From IMG/VR virus record IMGVR_UViG_3300028394_003336: a DNA stretch of 64,000 bases; one strand, 5' to 3'. The translations under genes and the position numbers were made by a program. Position 1 is the stretch's first letter. Every line of letters begins with the position of its first letter. The notes under the pieces are model-generated. The model saw nothing but the letters and a program-made list of their open reading frames with translations, was not told where the DNA came from and did no database searches. This DNA is from a virus. This document shows, piece after piece, positions 10,605 through 20,441 of this stretch.

Positions 10605-12479
10605 TTAATTACCGTAAGTTGTTTGGTTTGGAGCCTTTGTTGGGTTCTGTGGTGCGGTTAAACTCATGAAATATTGTTTAGTTTGTGGACTGTTTGCCCA
10701 ATCATCTAACATTTTTTTTGTCAATTCACTTCCATTAGGTGTAGTAAACTCTACTTGTATTTTACCACCCACATCTATTGTAGTTTTGGTATTTGTGGTT
10801 GTTGATGTTCCATCACCTGGCGTTTTCATTGGGAAACGTTTACTACCCAAATCTATTGGGTCTGATTTACCACCCATTAATGCATTATAGGTTGAGAATT
10901 TTCCACCATCAATACTTGGTTTTAAATTATTACCCATTAATCCTTCTAAAAGTTTTTTTCCACCCAATTCTGTTTCTGATTTGCCATTTTCAAGTTTACC
11001 TATCATTTGACCAAGAGCTTTTTGAACACCTTCTTTAAATTCTGAACCGAACTTTTGTGATTGTTTGTCCGCGGTTTCTAATAAAGTTGCACTAGCCTCT
11101 CTAAGACCTTTATTAGGGTCATTCATATCCTTTAAAAATTGTTTGAAGTCACCAATAGCTGTTGATGACATTTGTCTTCCACTTGTTGTTTTTCCGTAAA
11201 AATCAGAAAGAGTACTAGTGATTGCATCAGTTAATTTTCTTCCACCCTCAACCTCTTTATTGATTGTTTGATTACTAGCAAATCCATACATAAATCCATG
11301 GTAGATTGCTCTTACATCACCAGCAACCATTTCACTATAATCTAATTGAGACCTAGCAATTTCTTCTAATGATTTTGGAGCTTCTTTTTGTTCCTTAAGT
11401 GTTGCCTCTAATTGTTGTTGACTTACACTTGTAAGTTTTTCCCAACGTCTTTCACCTGTAGCACTGTCTTTAACACTAATTTCATATTCACCACCATCAC
11501 CCATTCTAGAAATGTTTGAAAGTAATTGTTTGTCTTCTTCTTTAACGTTTAAACCAATAGAACTAATCGCTGAAAGCCTTGCATCCGCTTCTTTAGCTGC
11601 TAGTCCAAGTTTCATCATCTCATTAGCGTTTACACCAGTTTGTTCTTGAAGTTCTTTAAGTCTTATAACCCCTTCAGGTGTTATCTTAAATGTTTTTGTT
11701 TGACTATCTAAATAAGTAAATTGTTTCGCAACGTTAACCAAACTATCCTGTATTCCTTGTGGATTATTAATTGAATCGTTCATTAACCTGAACGGGTCTG
11801 CCAAATCACCAACGGCTAACCCTAATCTTTGAAATGCTGACGCAACTTCAATCGCTCTTTCAGGTTTATATAAATTATCAGCTAAATTAAAGGTTGTATT
11901 CATATCAAACCTTAACATTGAAGCTTGCGCAGCCATTTTTGTTAATCCTTGTACACCACCCTCAAACTGATAACGATTAAGTTGGTCCATGTTGCTGGTA
12001 ACAACTTTAAAAACCTCTTTTGTATTACCCCCAATACTTTGAATATAATTTACTGAACCCTCAATTTGTTTTGACATTTGAGCAACTCCTACACCCACGT
12101 CAGCAAAACCACTTACTAAAGTTCTAATACTTTGTTCAGTTACCTTAGACGCGGCGTAAAGTTTTTCTGTTTGTTCAGTTGTAGCAATAATGTTTCTTCT
12201 ACTTTCAACTGCAATATCAGAAATTGCCTGTTGAGCAGCTATAAGGTCACCACCGAGTCTATCAATACGAGGGGTGGCATCCGCCAAGGCGGTTTTAATA
12301 TCACCAATCCTTTGCCTTGTTTCACCGAAAGCTTTATTGATTGCTCCACCGTAAACATCCAAGTCAGTAATAGCTCTAGTAATATCTGTAAAAAATGCGG
12401 ACAATGCATTCTTACGGTACTCATCCATTTTATCGGTGAGTTCTTTAAAGTAATCAAGAGGATTTTGTTCGCCAGCCAT
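10605..12479 (-). CDS. Tape measure protein (putative)
   Basis: Helical, Ala/Gln/Lys-rich 624 aa protein immediately downstream of tube and chaperone genes. Confidence 0.65.
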   Translation of the reverse strand: MAGEQNPLDYFKELTDKMDEYRKNALSAFFTDITRAITDLDVYGGAINKAFGETRQRIGDIKTALADATPRIDRLGGDLIAAQQAISDIAVESRRNIIATTEQTEKLYAASKVTEQSIRTLVSGFADVGVGVAQMSKQIEGSVNYIQSIGGNTKEVFKVVTSNMDQLNRYQFEGGVQGLTKMAAQASMLRFDMNTTFNLADNLYKPERAIEVASAFQRLGLAVGDLADPFRLMNDSINNPQGIQDSLVNVAKQFTYLDSQTKTFKITPEGVIRLKELQEQTGVNANEMMKLGLAAKEADARLSAISSIGLNVKEEDKQLLSNISRMGDGGEYEISVKDSATGERRWEKLTSVSQQQLEATLKEQKEAPKSLEEIARSQLDYSEMVAGDVRAIYHGFMYGFASNQTINKEVEGGRKLTDAITSTLSDFYGKTTSGRQMSSTAIGDFKQFLKDMNDPNKGLREASATLLETADKQSQKFGSEFKEGVQKALGQMIGKLENGKSETELGGKKLLEGLMGNNLKPSIDGGKFSTYNALMGGKSDPIDLGSKRFPMKTPGDGTSTTTNTKTTIDVGGKIQVEFTTPNGSELTKKMLDDWANSPQTKQYFMSLTAPQNPTKAPNQTTYGN

Positions 12480-12502
12480 ATATTAACTTTTCTTATAAAT
12501 AC

Positions 12503-12528
12503 AAAAAGACTGAAAATTCAGTCTTTTT
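12503..12528. terminator. Intrinsic terminator hairpin
   Basis: AAAAAGACTGAA-AA-TTCAGTCTTTTT inverted repeat with T-tracts on both strands, at the end of the chaperone extension ORF. Confidence 0.7.
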
Positions 12529-12673
12529 TATTTTCTTCAATCCATTTATCTAATAAATATTTTCTTGTGAAAATCGGCATTTGTAAAAAGTCATTGTAAG
12601 AGATATTCAATAACTTGGTCAAATAGTAGAATTCATCTAATTGACTTTTCCTATAATCAGAAGAAAGGGCGAA
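12518..12673 (-). CDS. Tail chaperone C-terminal extension (gpT/gp51-like), probably reached by frameshift
   Basis: +1 frame reads FALSSDYRKSQLDEFYYLTKLLNISYNDFLQMPIFTRKYLLDKWIEENKKD*; no ATG at its 5' end; overlaps the end of the upstream gene. Confidence 0.65.
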   Translation of the reverse strand, partial: FALSSDYRKSQLDEFYYLTKLLNISYNDFLQMPIFTRKYLLDKWIEENKKD

Positions 12674-13400
12674 AAAAGTCCACCCCAAAACCAACGTTAA
12701 CCGTTAGCAATTCTCCTGATGGGGTTGTTACTGTTTTCTTCATATCTAATTTTGGTTCATTCTCATCCATAAACTTTTTCAAGAATTTGGAATCGGCAAT
12801 CGGCATTTGTTCAATAAATTTAACAATTTCTGATTTGTCAGGTGAACCATTCAATTCAACAATTTGTTTTGTAAGTCTCCAAGTAACTTTTGGTGCAACT
12901 CTACCTTGTGGGTATGAGTCAGCCATTTTTTCAATTTCCATTATTTCACCATATGATAATGGTTTAACTTTAATTGAAGTTTGAGACTTTGGTAACATTA
13001 ATGAAAATGTACCATCTTCGTTTGGTTTTTGACCTTCAACAATACTTAACACACCCAAATCAACCGTTGTTTGGAATGGTTTTCTTGTAGCTGGGTCTGT
13101 TAGATTTACAACCATTTCATGTCCGAAAGAAGTGTTTCTTAAGAAGATTAAAATCGCTTCAATATCTCCTTCCAATAAATCTTCTATTCTAATATCTGGT
13201 TCGTAAACCTTCGCTCTTAATAAGTTAACTGCCAAATCGGCAACCCCACCCATTAAGATATTCTCATCAGCGGCGGTTAAATAACCCACTTTTAATGATT
13301 TCTTTTTATTTTTGTAGAACACTCCACCCGATGGTAAAGGAACCACGTCATGTGGAAGTGAAAAGTCTTTCTGTCCGTATTCTCTTGATTGGTCTTGCAT
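12657..13400 (-). CDS. Tail assembly chaperone / baseplate hub assembly protein (T4 gp26-like)
   Basis: VPLPSGG..Y, YLTAADENIL, DIEAILIFLRNTSFG motifs; located between tube and tape measure. Confidence 0.7.
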   Translation of the reverse strand: MQDQSREYGQKDFSLPHDVVPLPSGGVFYKNKKKSLKVGYLTAADENILMGGVADLAVNLLRAKVYEPDIRIEDLLEGDIEAILIFLRNTSFGHEMVVNLTDPATRKPFQTTVDLGVLSIVEGQKPNEDGTFSLMLPKSQTSIKVKPLSYGEIMEIEKMADSYPQGRVAPKVTWRLTKQIVELNGSPDKSEIVKFIEQMPIADSKFLKKFMDENEPKLDMKKTVTTPSGELLTVNVGFGVDFFRPFF

Positions 13401-13402
13401 AT

Positions 13403-13440
13403 AAAAAAATTAACCGTATAGTTTATGTCTATACGGTTAA
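13403..13440 (-). terminator. Intrinsic terminator after tail tube gene
   Basis: 12-bp stem TTAACCGTATAG/CTATACGGTTAA with 7-nt loop, followed by T7 on the minus strand. Confidence 0.75.
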
Positions 13441-13472
13441 ATATAAGGGTTAATAATTTTTTATAAAGAGTA

Positions 13473-13961
13473 TTAGTATACTAACACACATCTGTCCATT
13501 CTCAATGTAGCAGCAATTGTAGCTAAACCGTCTTGGTTGTAAGCTAACTGATTGAAGTTAACATCTGTCATAAATGTACCATACAAAATCCATTTTTCAA
13601 CCACAACTCCTGTTGGGTCTAACATTTCAATGTCAATGTCTTTTTTGTATCCTGCCGCGTATCCCATACGACCTGTAACTGATTCTGCACATAGACGAAC
13701 CCACTCCATAAGAGCTTGAGCCGCTGATGGTCCGATTGGGTCTCTGAACACCACGTTAATGGTTTGCCAGTTGAATCTTCCTGCAACCCATGTTGATGTG
13801 TTAAGGAATGGTATCTCAGTAGCATTAATTGTAATGTGAGGTCTTGCAGCACTTTCTACAAACCACTCATTAATTCCTAAGCTTGACGGGAATCTTAAAA
13901 TAAAACGATTCTGACGTTTCGGCTCATAAGGAAGAGGCATTTTCATTAGTAAATCAGCCAT
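13473..13961 (-). CDS. Tail tube protein (gp19-like)
   Basis: EPKRQNRF, WVAGRFNWQTI, YKKDIDIEMLDPTGVVVEKWILYG; 162 aa, downstream of sheath. Confidence 0.85.
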   Translation of the reverse strand: MADLLMKMPLPYEPKRQNRFILRFPSSLGINEWFVESAARPHITINATEIPFLNTSTWVAGRFNWQTINVVFRDPIGPSAAQALMEWVRLCAESVTGRMGYAAGYKKDIDIEMLDPTGVVVEKWILYGTFMTDVNFNQLAYNQDGLATIAATLRMDRCVLVY

Positions 13962-14053
13962 ATTATTTAATTTTTGTTTCTATGTTTATAATTGATAAAT
14001 ATAGTGGTGTTGAAAAAATTTTCCCTTTACTTTGTTTTTTAAAAAGAATATCC

Positions 14054-14884
14054 TTATTTAACTTCCTTCTTAATTCCTCCAGCAGTAGAATAAGTTTTAA
14101 CTATATTATCTGGTTTATCTTTAAAATGTTTTTTCATTACTTCTATGTTTTTAGGGTCATCATCTGAAAACCCTATAGAAGGCATCTCTGGTATAAACTT
14201 ATTACCTATATCATTTTTTAGAAATGCTCTTTTATTAAGTATTGCTGCCATACCTTTTATATAGTCCACAAATTCATCCATCGCACGAACCTTCGCTTCT
14301 TCAGGATTAGATGCACCTTTTTCGTCTCCAAAAGAAACGGGGTGGTATTTGTTAAGAGCTAAATAAGTTTTGATTAACTCATTATCAGACATCTCTTCCT
14401 CTCCTGAAAATGTTCTATATTTTTTTAAGTTTTTAACTAACTCATCTTTACTGATTCCGTTGAAATCATTAATGATATAATTGTATATTGCTTGTTTTAA
14501 TGTATTGGGGTTATGACCTCTTGCAGTAATAATTGAAAAAATTGAACCACTATTAATTGCTTCTCTAAAATCATCAAACGCAGGTCCTTCTGTGGCTTTC
14601 ATTGCATCTATTATAAAATCCTTATCTCCATCAGTTCTAAAATTTCTGAATGGGTCTTCTGCAAATCCAACAATTGTATGACCCTTATAATTAAAATTTT
14701 CTTTACCAATATGATGTCTATGTTCCGCAAAGTCATCGGTACTCATACCTACCTCTTCTCCATCTTCATCTTTTACAATTATTTTTGTTGGCATGTGAAC
14801 AATATTATCATCCCAATCAAAGGCATAATATTTTAAATCTGGTGTTTTTTCGTCTTTAAATCCCTCTATTATTCTTGTTCTCAT
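14054..14884 (-). CDS. HAD-superfamily phosphatase-like protein
   Basis: Motif I FDWDD, motif II ITARGH, motif III K (EEAK), motif IV FSDDD. Confidence 0.65.
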   Translation of the reverse strand: MRTRIIEGFKDEKTPDLKYYAFDWDDNIVHMPTKIIVKDEDGEEVGMSTDDFAEHRHHIGKENFNYKGHTIVGFAEDPFRNFRTDGDKDFIIDAMKATEGPAFDDFREAINSGSIFSIITARGHNPNTLKQAIYNYIINDFNGISKDELVKNLKKYRTFSGEEEMSDNELIKTYLALNKYHPVSFGDEKGASNPEEAKVRAMDEFVDYIKGMAAILNKRAFLKNDIGNKFIPEMPSIGFSDDDPKNIEVMKKHFKDKPDNIVKTYSTAGGIKKEVK

Positions 14885-14892
14885 TGTTGGCT

Positions 14893-14918
14893 AAAAAATG
14901 GGGGAGATAAACTCCCCC
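14893..14918 (-). terminator. Intrinsic terminator after tail sheath gene
   Basis: GGGGGAG-ataaa-CTCCCCC stem-loop followed by a T-tract on the minus strand. Confidence 0.75.
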
Positions 14919-14927
14919 TTATTTTTA

Positions 14928-17900
14928 TTAGATATTTTCAAATGAAGCCCCTGTTGGTGTGATAAAGAATTCAATATCAATGAATTCAAGAGCTTTAGTT
15001 GGTTTAAGATAAATTTTACCTGTTAAAGTATTTCTATCTAAGTCTTCAGGTGAAGAAGATACCGTTACACGGAAGTCATAAAGACCTCTATCTCTTCTAA
15101 TACCATCTAAGATTGGGTTAACACTATCCAAGAATTGTTGTCTTACAACTTGGTCGTTTTGTTCAAATAACAATCTAACCGCTACAGCTGAAATTAACTT
15201 ACGAGCTTGTAATAACAATCTTCTAACATTTAATCTATTAAGAGCTGTGTCAGCAACTTGAAGTGTTTTGTTACCCCAAATTACAGTTCCAACGTCTGCA
15301 AATGTTGCGATTGGGTTGATTCTACCTTGATAAAGTGTATCTCTATCTTCTTGAGTCAACTTAACTCTTGCTTTGATTGAGTTTACAAGACCTCTTGTAT
15401 AACCCGCTGATGCGAACCAAGGGAATGCAATATTATCTGTAAGTGCTAAGTTTCTACAAACCTCACCAGTTGCTGGTAAATAGATTTGTGTGTTATTCAC
15501 AGTATCTCTTGTTAAAATCCAAGGATAATAAGTAGCTGTATAGTTTGAATCAATTCCTGTGTTATCTAAGTTATCAACAGCCTCTTGTGGATAGATAATC
15601 GCTTGAGGGTCAGTTGAATCTGGTAGATACATGTTATAGTCAGGTGTTGTTACAATATACACAGAATCAGCTCTTTGATACTGAACCATGTTAATTGCCG
15701 CCTCACATAAGTTTGAATTAAATACATAATCAATACTTGCAGTTGCAAATACGTTAATGTTTGTAGCTTCAGGATTTGCGAATGTTAAAATACCAAGTAA
15801 GTAAGCGTAGTAGTCAGTGTTTGCAAAGTCTTGAGTATTATTTTGTACAATAATTCTCTTGAACATACCATCACCTGTTGCTGTAGGATATCTTGATTCA
15901 GGATAAGCACCTGCCAAATACCCTGTAGCTCCTAATTGGAATCTATCGGTATTTGTTCTTGATTCTTCATAAATGTTCCATCCATCAAATCCACCCGCGA
16001 AACATACTGTGTATTTTCTTGAATAGATATAATAGTAAGGATTTACTTGAGTTTCTGGGTCATTTCTGAAATCTGCCACTCCACACTCAAATGCAGTTTG
16101 TCCACTTGTTTCATATACATTACCAATTGTTACAACAGTTGCACCTGAATCCATATGGAATCCTTTTGAAAGGACATTCCAAGGAATTGAATCTGTTGCA
16201 ACTTCCCAACCCGCTTGTGGATTTTGTTTACCTTTATAAGTTAAGAATGATTCGTCAATACCATATTCAGTTGAAAATCCTAAATAACTTCTTCTAACAA
16301 TATTACCTGGAGACTCAACAGAATTAGGACCACCAAAAGGACTATTAAATGGAGGATTAGCAATTACTTCACCTGGATAATAATACTTTGTTTTGAATTT
16401 AGGGTATGGTGATGGATTGTTAGGACTAGCATATTCTCTTTGTGTGTAACCGTAGAAACCACAAGGTAATGCATCAATAGGATATTCATCAGCTAATTCA
16501 ATCATAATATATTTTGAAATAAGTGCAAATTCTCCGTTAGATGAACCAATTTTTTTAGCCACAAAATTATTTGATGCTGGGTCCATGTTACAGTTTGTAA
16601 ATTTTTCAATAACAACAGGATTCGCATCTGTATCAAAGAAGTTTCTAACTAAAACATCAAAACTCATGTTATTGAACGATAAGTTAGCGATTGAAACTTT
16701 AATTTCAACGTTTGCAGAATCTCCGTCAGAGATTGATATAAATTTAAATAATCTGTAAACCTTGTTACCTCTTAATTCTGAAACCAAGAATGGTGTTTCG
16801 GGTGATTGATATTTTTCTAAATTCCACGCGATTGATGAAGCACTTCTACTTCTAGCACTTGGTAATCCAACTAATTCACAATTTAAACCTTTAATATAAC
16901 CTTGATTGTATGCATAGTTTAAAGTACCAGGATAAATTTCCTCAACAAAAATTGGAGTTTCAAATCTTGATTTACCAAAGTTGTCTAAACCTAATACTTT
17001 TGTAATATACTTTGAAGACGCCGCAGATAACGAAGATTCTAATTGGAAGTTATTGCCATCTTTAGTAACACCCGATAATAAGAAAGTTTCATAAGGTGAT
17101 TGAGTTACTCCTGAATATTGTCCACTACAAACCATTGTAAGTGCACTTAAACCTGCAACTGTTCCCCCTGAGTTAACTTCATAAATTGGTCCGTGTTCAT
17201 CACCAGTAGAACTATTCGCATAAAGTGAAATACCTCTTGAACGAAGTGTTGCAATCACCATGTTATTAAATTCAGAGTATGCAGTTCCTGAAAAAGTATA
17301 AACATTACCTTCAATTGTACCTGTATAATTTCCTGTCGCTCCCGTTACTAAGTTTGTTACTGAATAATAGAAAGAGTAACCTGAATAATCATTACCTGAA
17401 TAATTGTCAAAGTTAGCATAAAACCAAGCATCATTATTATTAGAACTTAAATCGTTTGTTTCTAAGTTATTAGTGTCACAAAGATATTCGTTAATTTGAT
17501 TACTATATTGTGTAACAATTGGCCAATAGTCTGAACCAGGTATTGCACCATAGAAAGCAACTGTTGTTGCGGATAATGATGGTTGTTGTGCCACACCATT
17601 AATCTCACCTGAAAAATCAGTAAATAAATTAGATGTATCACCATTATTCATTGTATATTGAACATAAAGATTTGGTGTGATATAACTATCAAACACCGCA
17701 TCAGGTGTTGTAAAATTAAACGTATCACCTGTAGAATTTCCACTGAAATCTATAGAGAAAGCTTGACCAACATTTGTTTCTAATCCAATTGTTGTTGGGT
17801 CAACATTAGCTGTTGTTCTAATACTCCATGATGGACCCGCATCATAACCAGAAAGACCCAATACTCTCGTAACAAACAATTGGTTAGATTGTTGTAAATA

Positions 17901-18158
17901 AGATTTTGCGATATACGCAGCCTCATATTGTGGGATTTGTGTATTCACAAACTTGACAGGTTCTGTACCACCGAAGTAGGCTTGGAATTCGTCATAGTTT
18001 GTTATAAAGACAGGTTCAAAAGCGGGACCCTTTATAGTCTCACCTACTAAACCTAATGTTGTAACACCCACGCTCTGAGCCACGAACGATAAGTCCGTTT
18101 CAGATGTATAAACACCTGGGGATACAAATACTTTTTGATTAACTTGTGCTGTTGCCAT
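14928..18158 (-). CDS. Tail sheath protein (gp18-like)
   Basis: SPGVYTSETDLS N-terminus; PWFASAGYTRG, RDTLYQGRINPI, WGNKTLQ, RLNVRRLL, KPTKALEFI C-terminus. Confidence 0.93.
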   Translation of the reverse strand: MATAQVNQKVFVSPGVYTSETDLSFVAQSVGVTTLGLVGETIKGPAFEPVFITNYDEFQAYFGGTEPVKFVNTQIPQYEAAYIAKSYLQQSNQLFVTRVLGLSGYDAGPSWSIRTTANVDPTTIGLETNVGQAFSIDFSGNSTGDTFNFTTPDAVFDSYITPNLYVQYTMNNGDTSNLFTDFSGEINGVAQQPSLSATTVAFYGAIPGSDYWPIVTQYSNQINEYLCDTNNLETNDLSSNNNDAWFYANFDNYSGNDYSGYSFYYSVTNLVTGATGNYTGTIEGNVYTFSGTAYSEFNNMVIATLRSRGISLYANSSTGDEHGPIYEVNSGGTVAGLSALTMVCSGQYSGVTQSPYETFLLSGVTKDGNNFQLESSLSAASSKYITKVLGLDNFGKSRFETPIFVEEIYPGTLNYAYNQGYIKGLNCELVGLPSARSRSASSIAWNLEKYQSPETPFLVSELRGNKVYRLFKFISISDGDSANVEIKVSIANLSFNNMSFDVLVRNFFDTDANPVVIEKFTNCNMDPASNNFVAKKIGSSNGEFALISKYIMIELADEYPIDALPCGFYGYTQREYASPNNPSPYPKFKTKYYYPGEVIANPPFNSPFGGPNSVESPGNIVRRSYLGFSTEYGIDESFLTYKGKQNPQAGWEVATDSIPWNVLSKGFHMDSGATVVTIGNVYETSGQTAFECGVADFRNDPETQVNPYYYIYSRKYTVCFAGGFDGWNIYEESRTNTDRFQLGATGYLAGAYPESRYPTATGDGMFKRIIVQNNTQDFANTDYYAYLLGILTFANPEATNINVFATASIDYVFNSNLCEAAINMVQYQRADSVYIVTTPDYNMYLPDSTDPQAIIYPQEAVDNLDNTGIDSNYTATYYPWILTRDTVNNTQIYLPATGEVCRNLALTDNIAFPWFASAGYTRGLVNSIKARVKLTQEDRDTLYQGRINPIATFADVGTVIWGNKTLQVADTALNRLNVRRLLLQARKLISAVAVRLLFEQNDQVVRQQFLDSVNPILDGIRRDRGLYDFRVTVSSSPEDLDRNTLTGKIYLKPTKALEFIDIEFFITPTGASFENI

Positions 18159-18276
18159 TATTAAATTATTCTTTGCAGATTTATTTTAATGATAAATATT
18201 CAATACTAACACAAAAAACTTGACTTTTAGATATGTATTTGTAAACGGTATGAATTAATTCTGCCTTTTTTCTACC

Positions 18277-18438
18277 ATGAGAACAAAGAAAGAAATAAAG
18301 AACCTAAAAATATCCCCTGAATCACATGAGATACTGAAAAAGTATTGTGACAAGAGAGGTATCAAAATTTATAAATTCATTGAGAATTTAATAATTGAAA
18401 AGTGTAAAGAAAAAAAAGATATCTACGGGGAAGATTAA
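18277..18438 (+). CDS. Small ribbon-helix-helix-like DNA-binding protein (53 aa)
   Basis: Not in the ORF track; MRTKKEIKNLKISPESHEILKKYCDKRGIKIYKFIENLIIEKC shows a strand-helix-G-helix pattern. Confidence 0.6.
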   Translation: MRTKKEIKNLKISPESHEILKKYCDKRGIKIYKFIENLIIEKCKEKKDIYGED

Positions 18439-19478
18439 ACTAATTTACTATCAAATTGAATAATTGCGTCATTTGAAATATTTTCTTTAGTAACTTCAAT
18501 TCTTAAGACATCATTAGTTGTTATTTGAATTTTTTGAACATTTGTTCCGTAATAGTCGTCGTTGATGTAAACATCGTATGAAGATATGTTACTTGATTTA
18601 ACAAATTCCATATTTGCGGTAAAATCAATTCTTTCAACCAACATATCATTACCAACCACATATAAAAAATTAGTTAAGAATTCATCTGGATTTTCAGGAA
18701 ACTGATTCTTTTTCTTTTTTAGTGTTGATGTGTCAATTTCCATCACTTGAAGAACTCTAGCAATTGCGGGTTTAACTTCAAATTCTGCCTCATCAATAAG
18801 ATAACCTAACATTGTAAAATCGTAATTTTGAATATAGTATTTTCTATTATCAATTTGCATTTGAGATTCATCGGAAATGTTAGTTGAAATGATTGGAACG
18901 TATTGACCTTTTATAAAGGTATACGCTTGTCTTGATGAAAATTTTTGCATTACAACCTTGTTAAGTTCATTCAATTCCCTCATTCTATTACAAATAATCT
19001 TAACACTATAATTGATATCAACAGGAACTGGCTGAGGAATTGTATAAATGTCCATACCTTGTTCATTTCCATTCCAAGTCGGAACTGAGGCATAATAGAA
19101 TTGTTTTCTATTTGGAATTGTATATTGAAGTGATGGGTTTGTACCATACTTAACTTCAGGACTTCTAACAACAGTAATAAATGGTGGAGATGGATTATTA
19201 TCTAAATCAACAAATTGAGCTGTTTCAACATATTGAGACCAATTTTGAGTGGTAACAATAATATCAACCATTGGAACAATTTTTCCCGCAGTAACAACTT
19301 TTAAATCCCCTTTTACAAAATCTAACATACCTCTATCCAAATCAGCATGTAAAACAGATTTAGGTAAATAAGTTCCATCTTTGTTGATATATTCCAACAA
19401 CTGTTCTCTTCTTGAATAAAGAGTCTTCTGTGGAACCAAAGGTAATGTAGGTTTAACTTGTGTTTTAGGTAATGGCAT
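18435..19478 (-). CDS. Tail terminator/completion protein (gp15-like)
   Basis: PQPVPVDINYSVKI...ELNELN pattern; lies between head-closure and sheath genes. Confidence 0.6.
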   Translation of the reverse strand: MPLPKTQVKPTLPLVPQKTLYSRREQLLEYINKDGTYLPKSVLHADLDRGMLDFVKGDLKVVTAGKIVPMVDIIVTTQNWSQYVETAQFVDLDNNPSPPFITVVRSPEVKYGTNPSLQYTIPNRKQFYYASVPTWNGNEQGMDIYTIPQPVPVDINYSVKIICNRMRELNELNKVVMQKFSSRQAYTFIKGQYVPIISTNISDESQMQIDNRKYYIQNYDFTMLGYLIDEAEFEVKPAIARVLQVMEIDTSTLKKKKNQFPENPDEFLTNFLYVVGNDMLVERIDFTANMEFVKSSNISSYDVYINDDYYGTNVQKIQITTNDVLRIEVTKENISNDAIIQFDSKLV

Positions 19479-19990
19479 TATATTCCTCTAAATTCATTTT
19501 CACTTACCCAAGTAGCCGTAACCGTTCTGTAGAATGGTTTATAACCACCGTAAGTGTGTTTATTATCAGACCTAACAAGTCCGTCATCAATAACAGTATA
19601 ATATCTAACCCTATCCTCTGTTTCATAATATCCAAAGTAATCACCCATAAAAATATTAACGTCCATATCCTCAAGAGTTTTTTGGTAAATAGAAAATTTC
19701 ATATTACCTGGCTCATCTTGTTTAATCTTAGAATTTCCGAGAAGTTTGTTTTGTGGTGCCATAATTTGAACCAATCCCTTAAGTTCAACAGGTGCCATGA
19801 ATTGAATACCGTCTTCCAATACTTCACCATATACACTATCTGTTTTAGTCTTGTATCTATCAATTCTATAAAGAATAACTGTGAAGTTCATATCACCCAA
19901 TAACCACTCCTCACCCATACCAATATCCAAGGCATAGTCTTCACCACCAAAGAATTTTCCTAAACGCGTAATTGGTACTAATTTTTGCAT
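19478..19990 (-). CDS. Head closure/neck protein (gp14-like)
   Basis: ILYRID..KT..DSVYGE, PVELKG, GDYFGY pattern; position in the neck module. Confidence 0.55.
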   Translation of the reverse strand: MQKLVPITRLGKFFGGEDYALDIGMGEEWLLGDMNFTVILYRIDRYKTKTDSVYGEVLEDGIQFMAPVELKGLVQIMAPQNKLLGNSKIKQDEPGNMKFSIYQKTLEDMDVNIFMGDYFGYYETEDRVRYYTVIDDGLVRSDNKHTYGGYKPFYRTVTATWVSENEFRGI

Positions 19991-20012
19991 ATATTGATAA
20001 ATACTTAAAGAG

Positions 20013-20024
20013 TTATTATATTTC
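20013..20024 (+). promoter_or_regulatory. Candidate early/middle promoter element TTATTATATTTC
   Basis: Identical 12-mer at 40924-40935; both precede non-structural gene runs. Confidence 0.4.
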
Positions 20025-20037
20025 CAACAAAGACATT

Positions 20038-20436
20038 ATGAGATTAGATACTCCGAGTAAAATTTATGTTGACAATAGTCCAATACATGGATTAGGAATC
20101 TTTGCTAAAGAAAAAATATTAGTTGACGAAGTGTTTGAGGTTTGTCCTGTAATTGATATGGGAATGAAGTTTGGTGAGTCTAGTCACATATTAATTGATT
20201 ATAGATTTAATTGGCCACAAGGTGGTGGTGAATGGACAAAACAAGTTGTAACTGCAGGTTTTGGTATGTTATATAATCACAGTAATAATGCCAACGCAAA
20301 TTGGAGGTCTAACTTTGAAACAAACTCTTTTGAGTTCTTTGCAACAAAAGACATTAACCCTGGTGATGAAATCTTTGTTTGGTATGGTGATATGAGTTAT
20401 TGGAACGATGGAAGAAATCATATGAATATTATTTAA
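20038..20436 (+). CDS. SET-domain lysine methyltransferase
   Basis: SPIHGLGIFA, LYNHS..AN, ATKDINPGDEIFVWYG; ATG 20038 preferred over the track start. Confidence 0.88.
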   Translation: MRLDTPSKIYVDNSPIHGLGIFAKEKILVDEVFEVCPVIDMGMKFGESSHILIDYRFNWPQGGGEWTKQVVTAGFGMLYNHSNNANANWRSNFETNSFEFFATKDINPGDEIFVWYGDMSYWNDGRNHMNII

Positions 20437-20441
20437 TTAAA

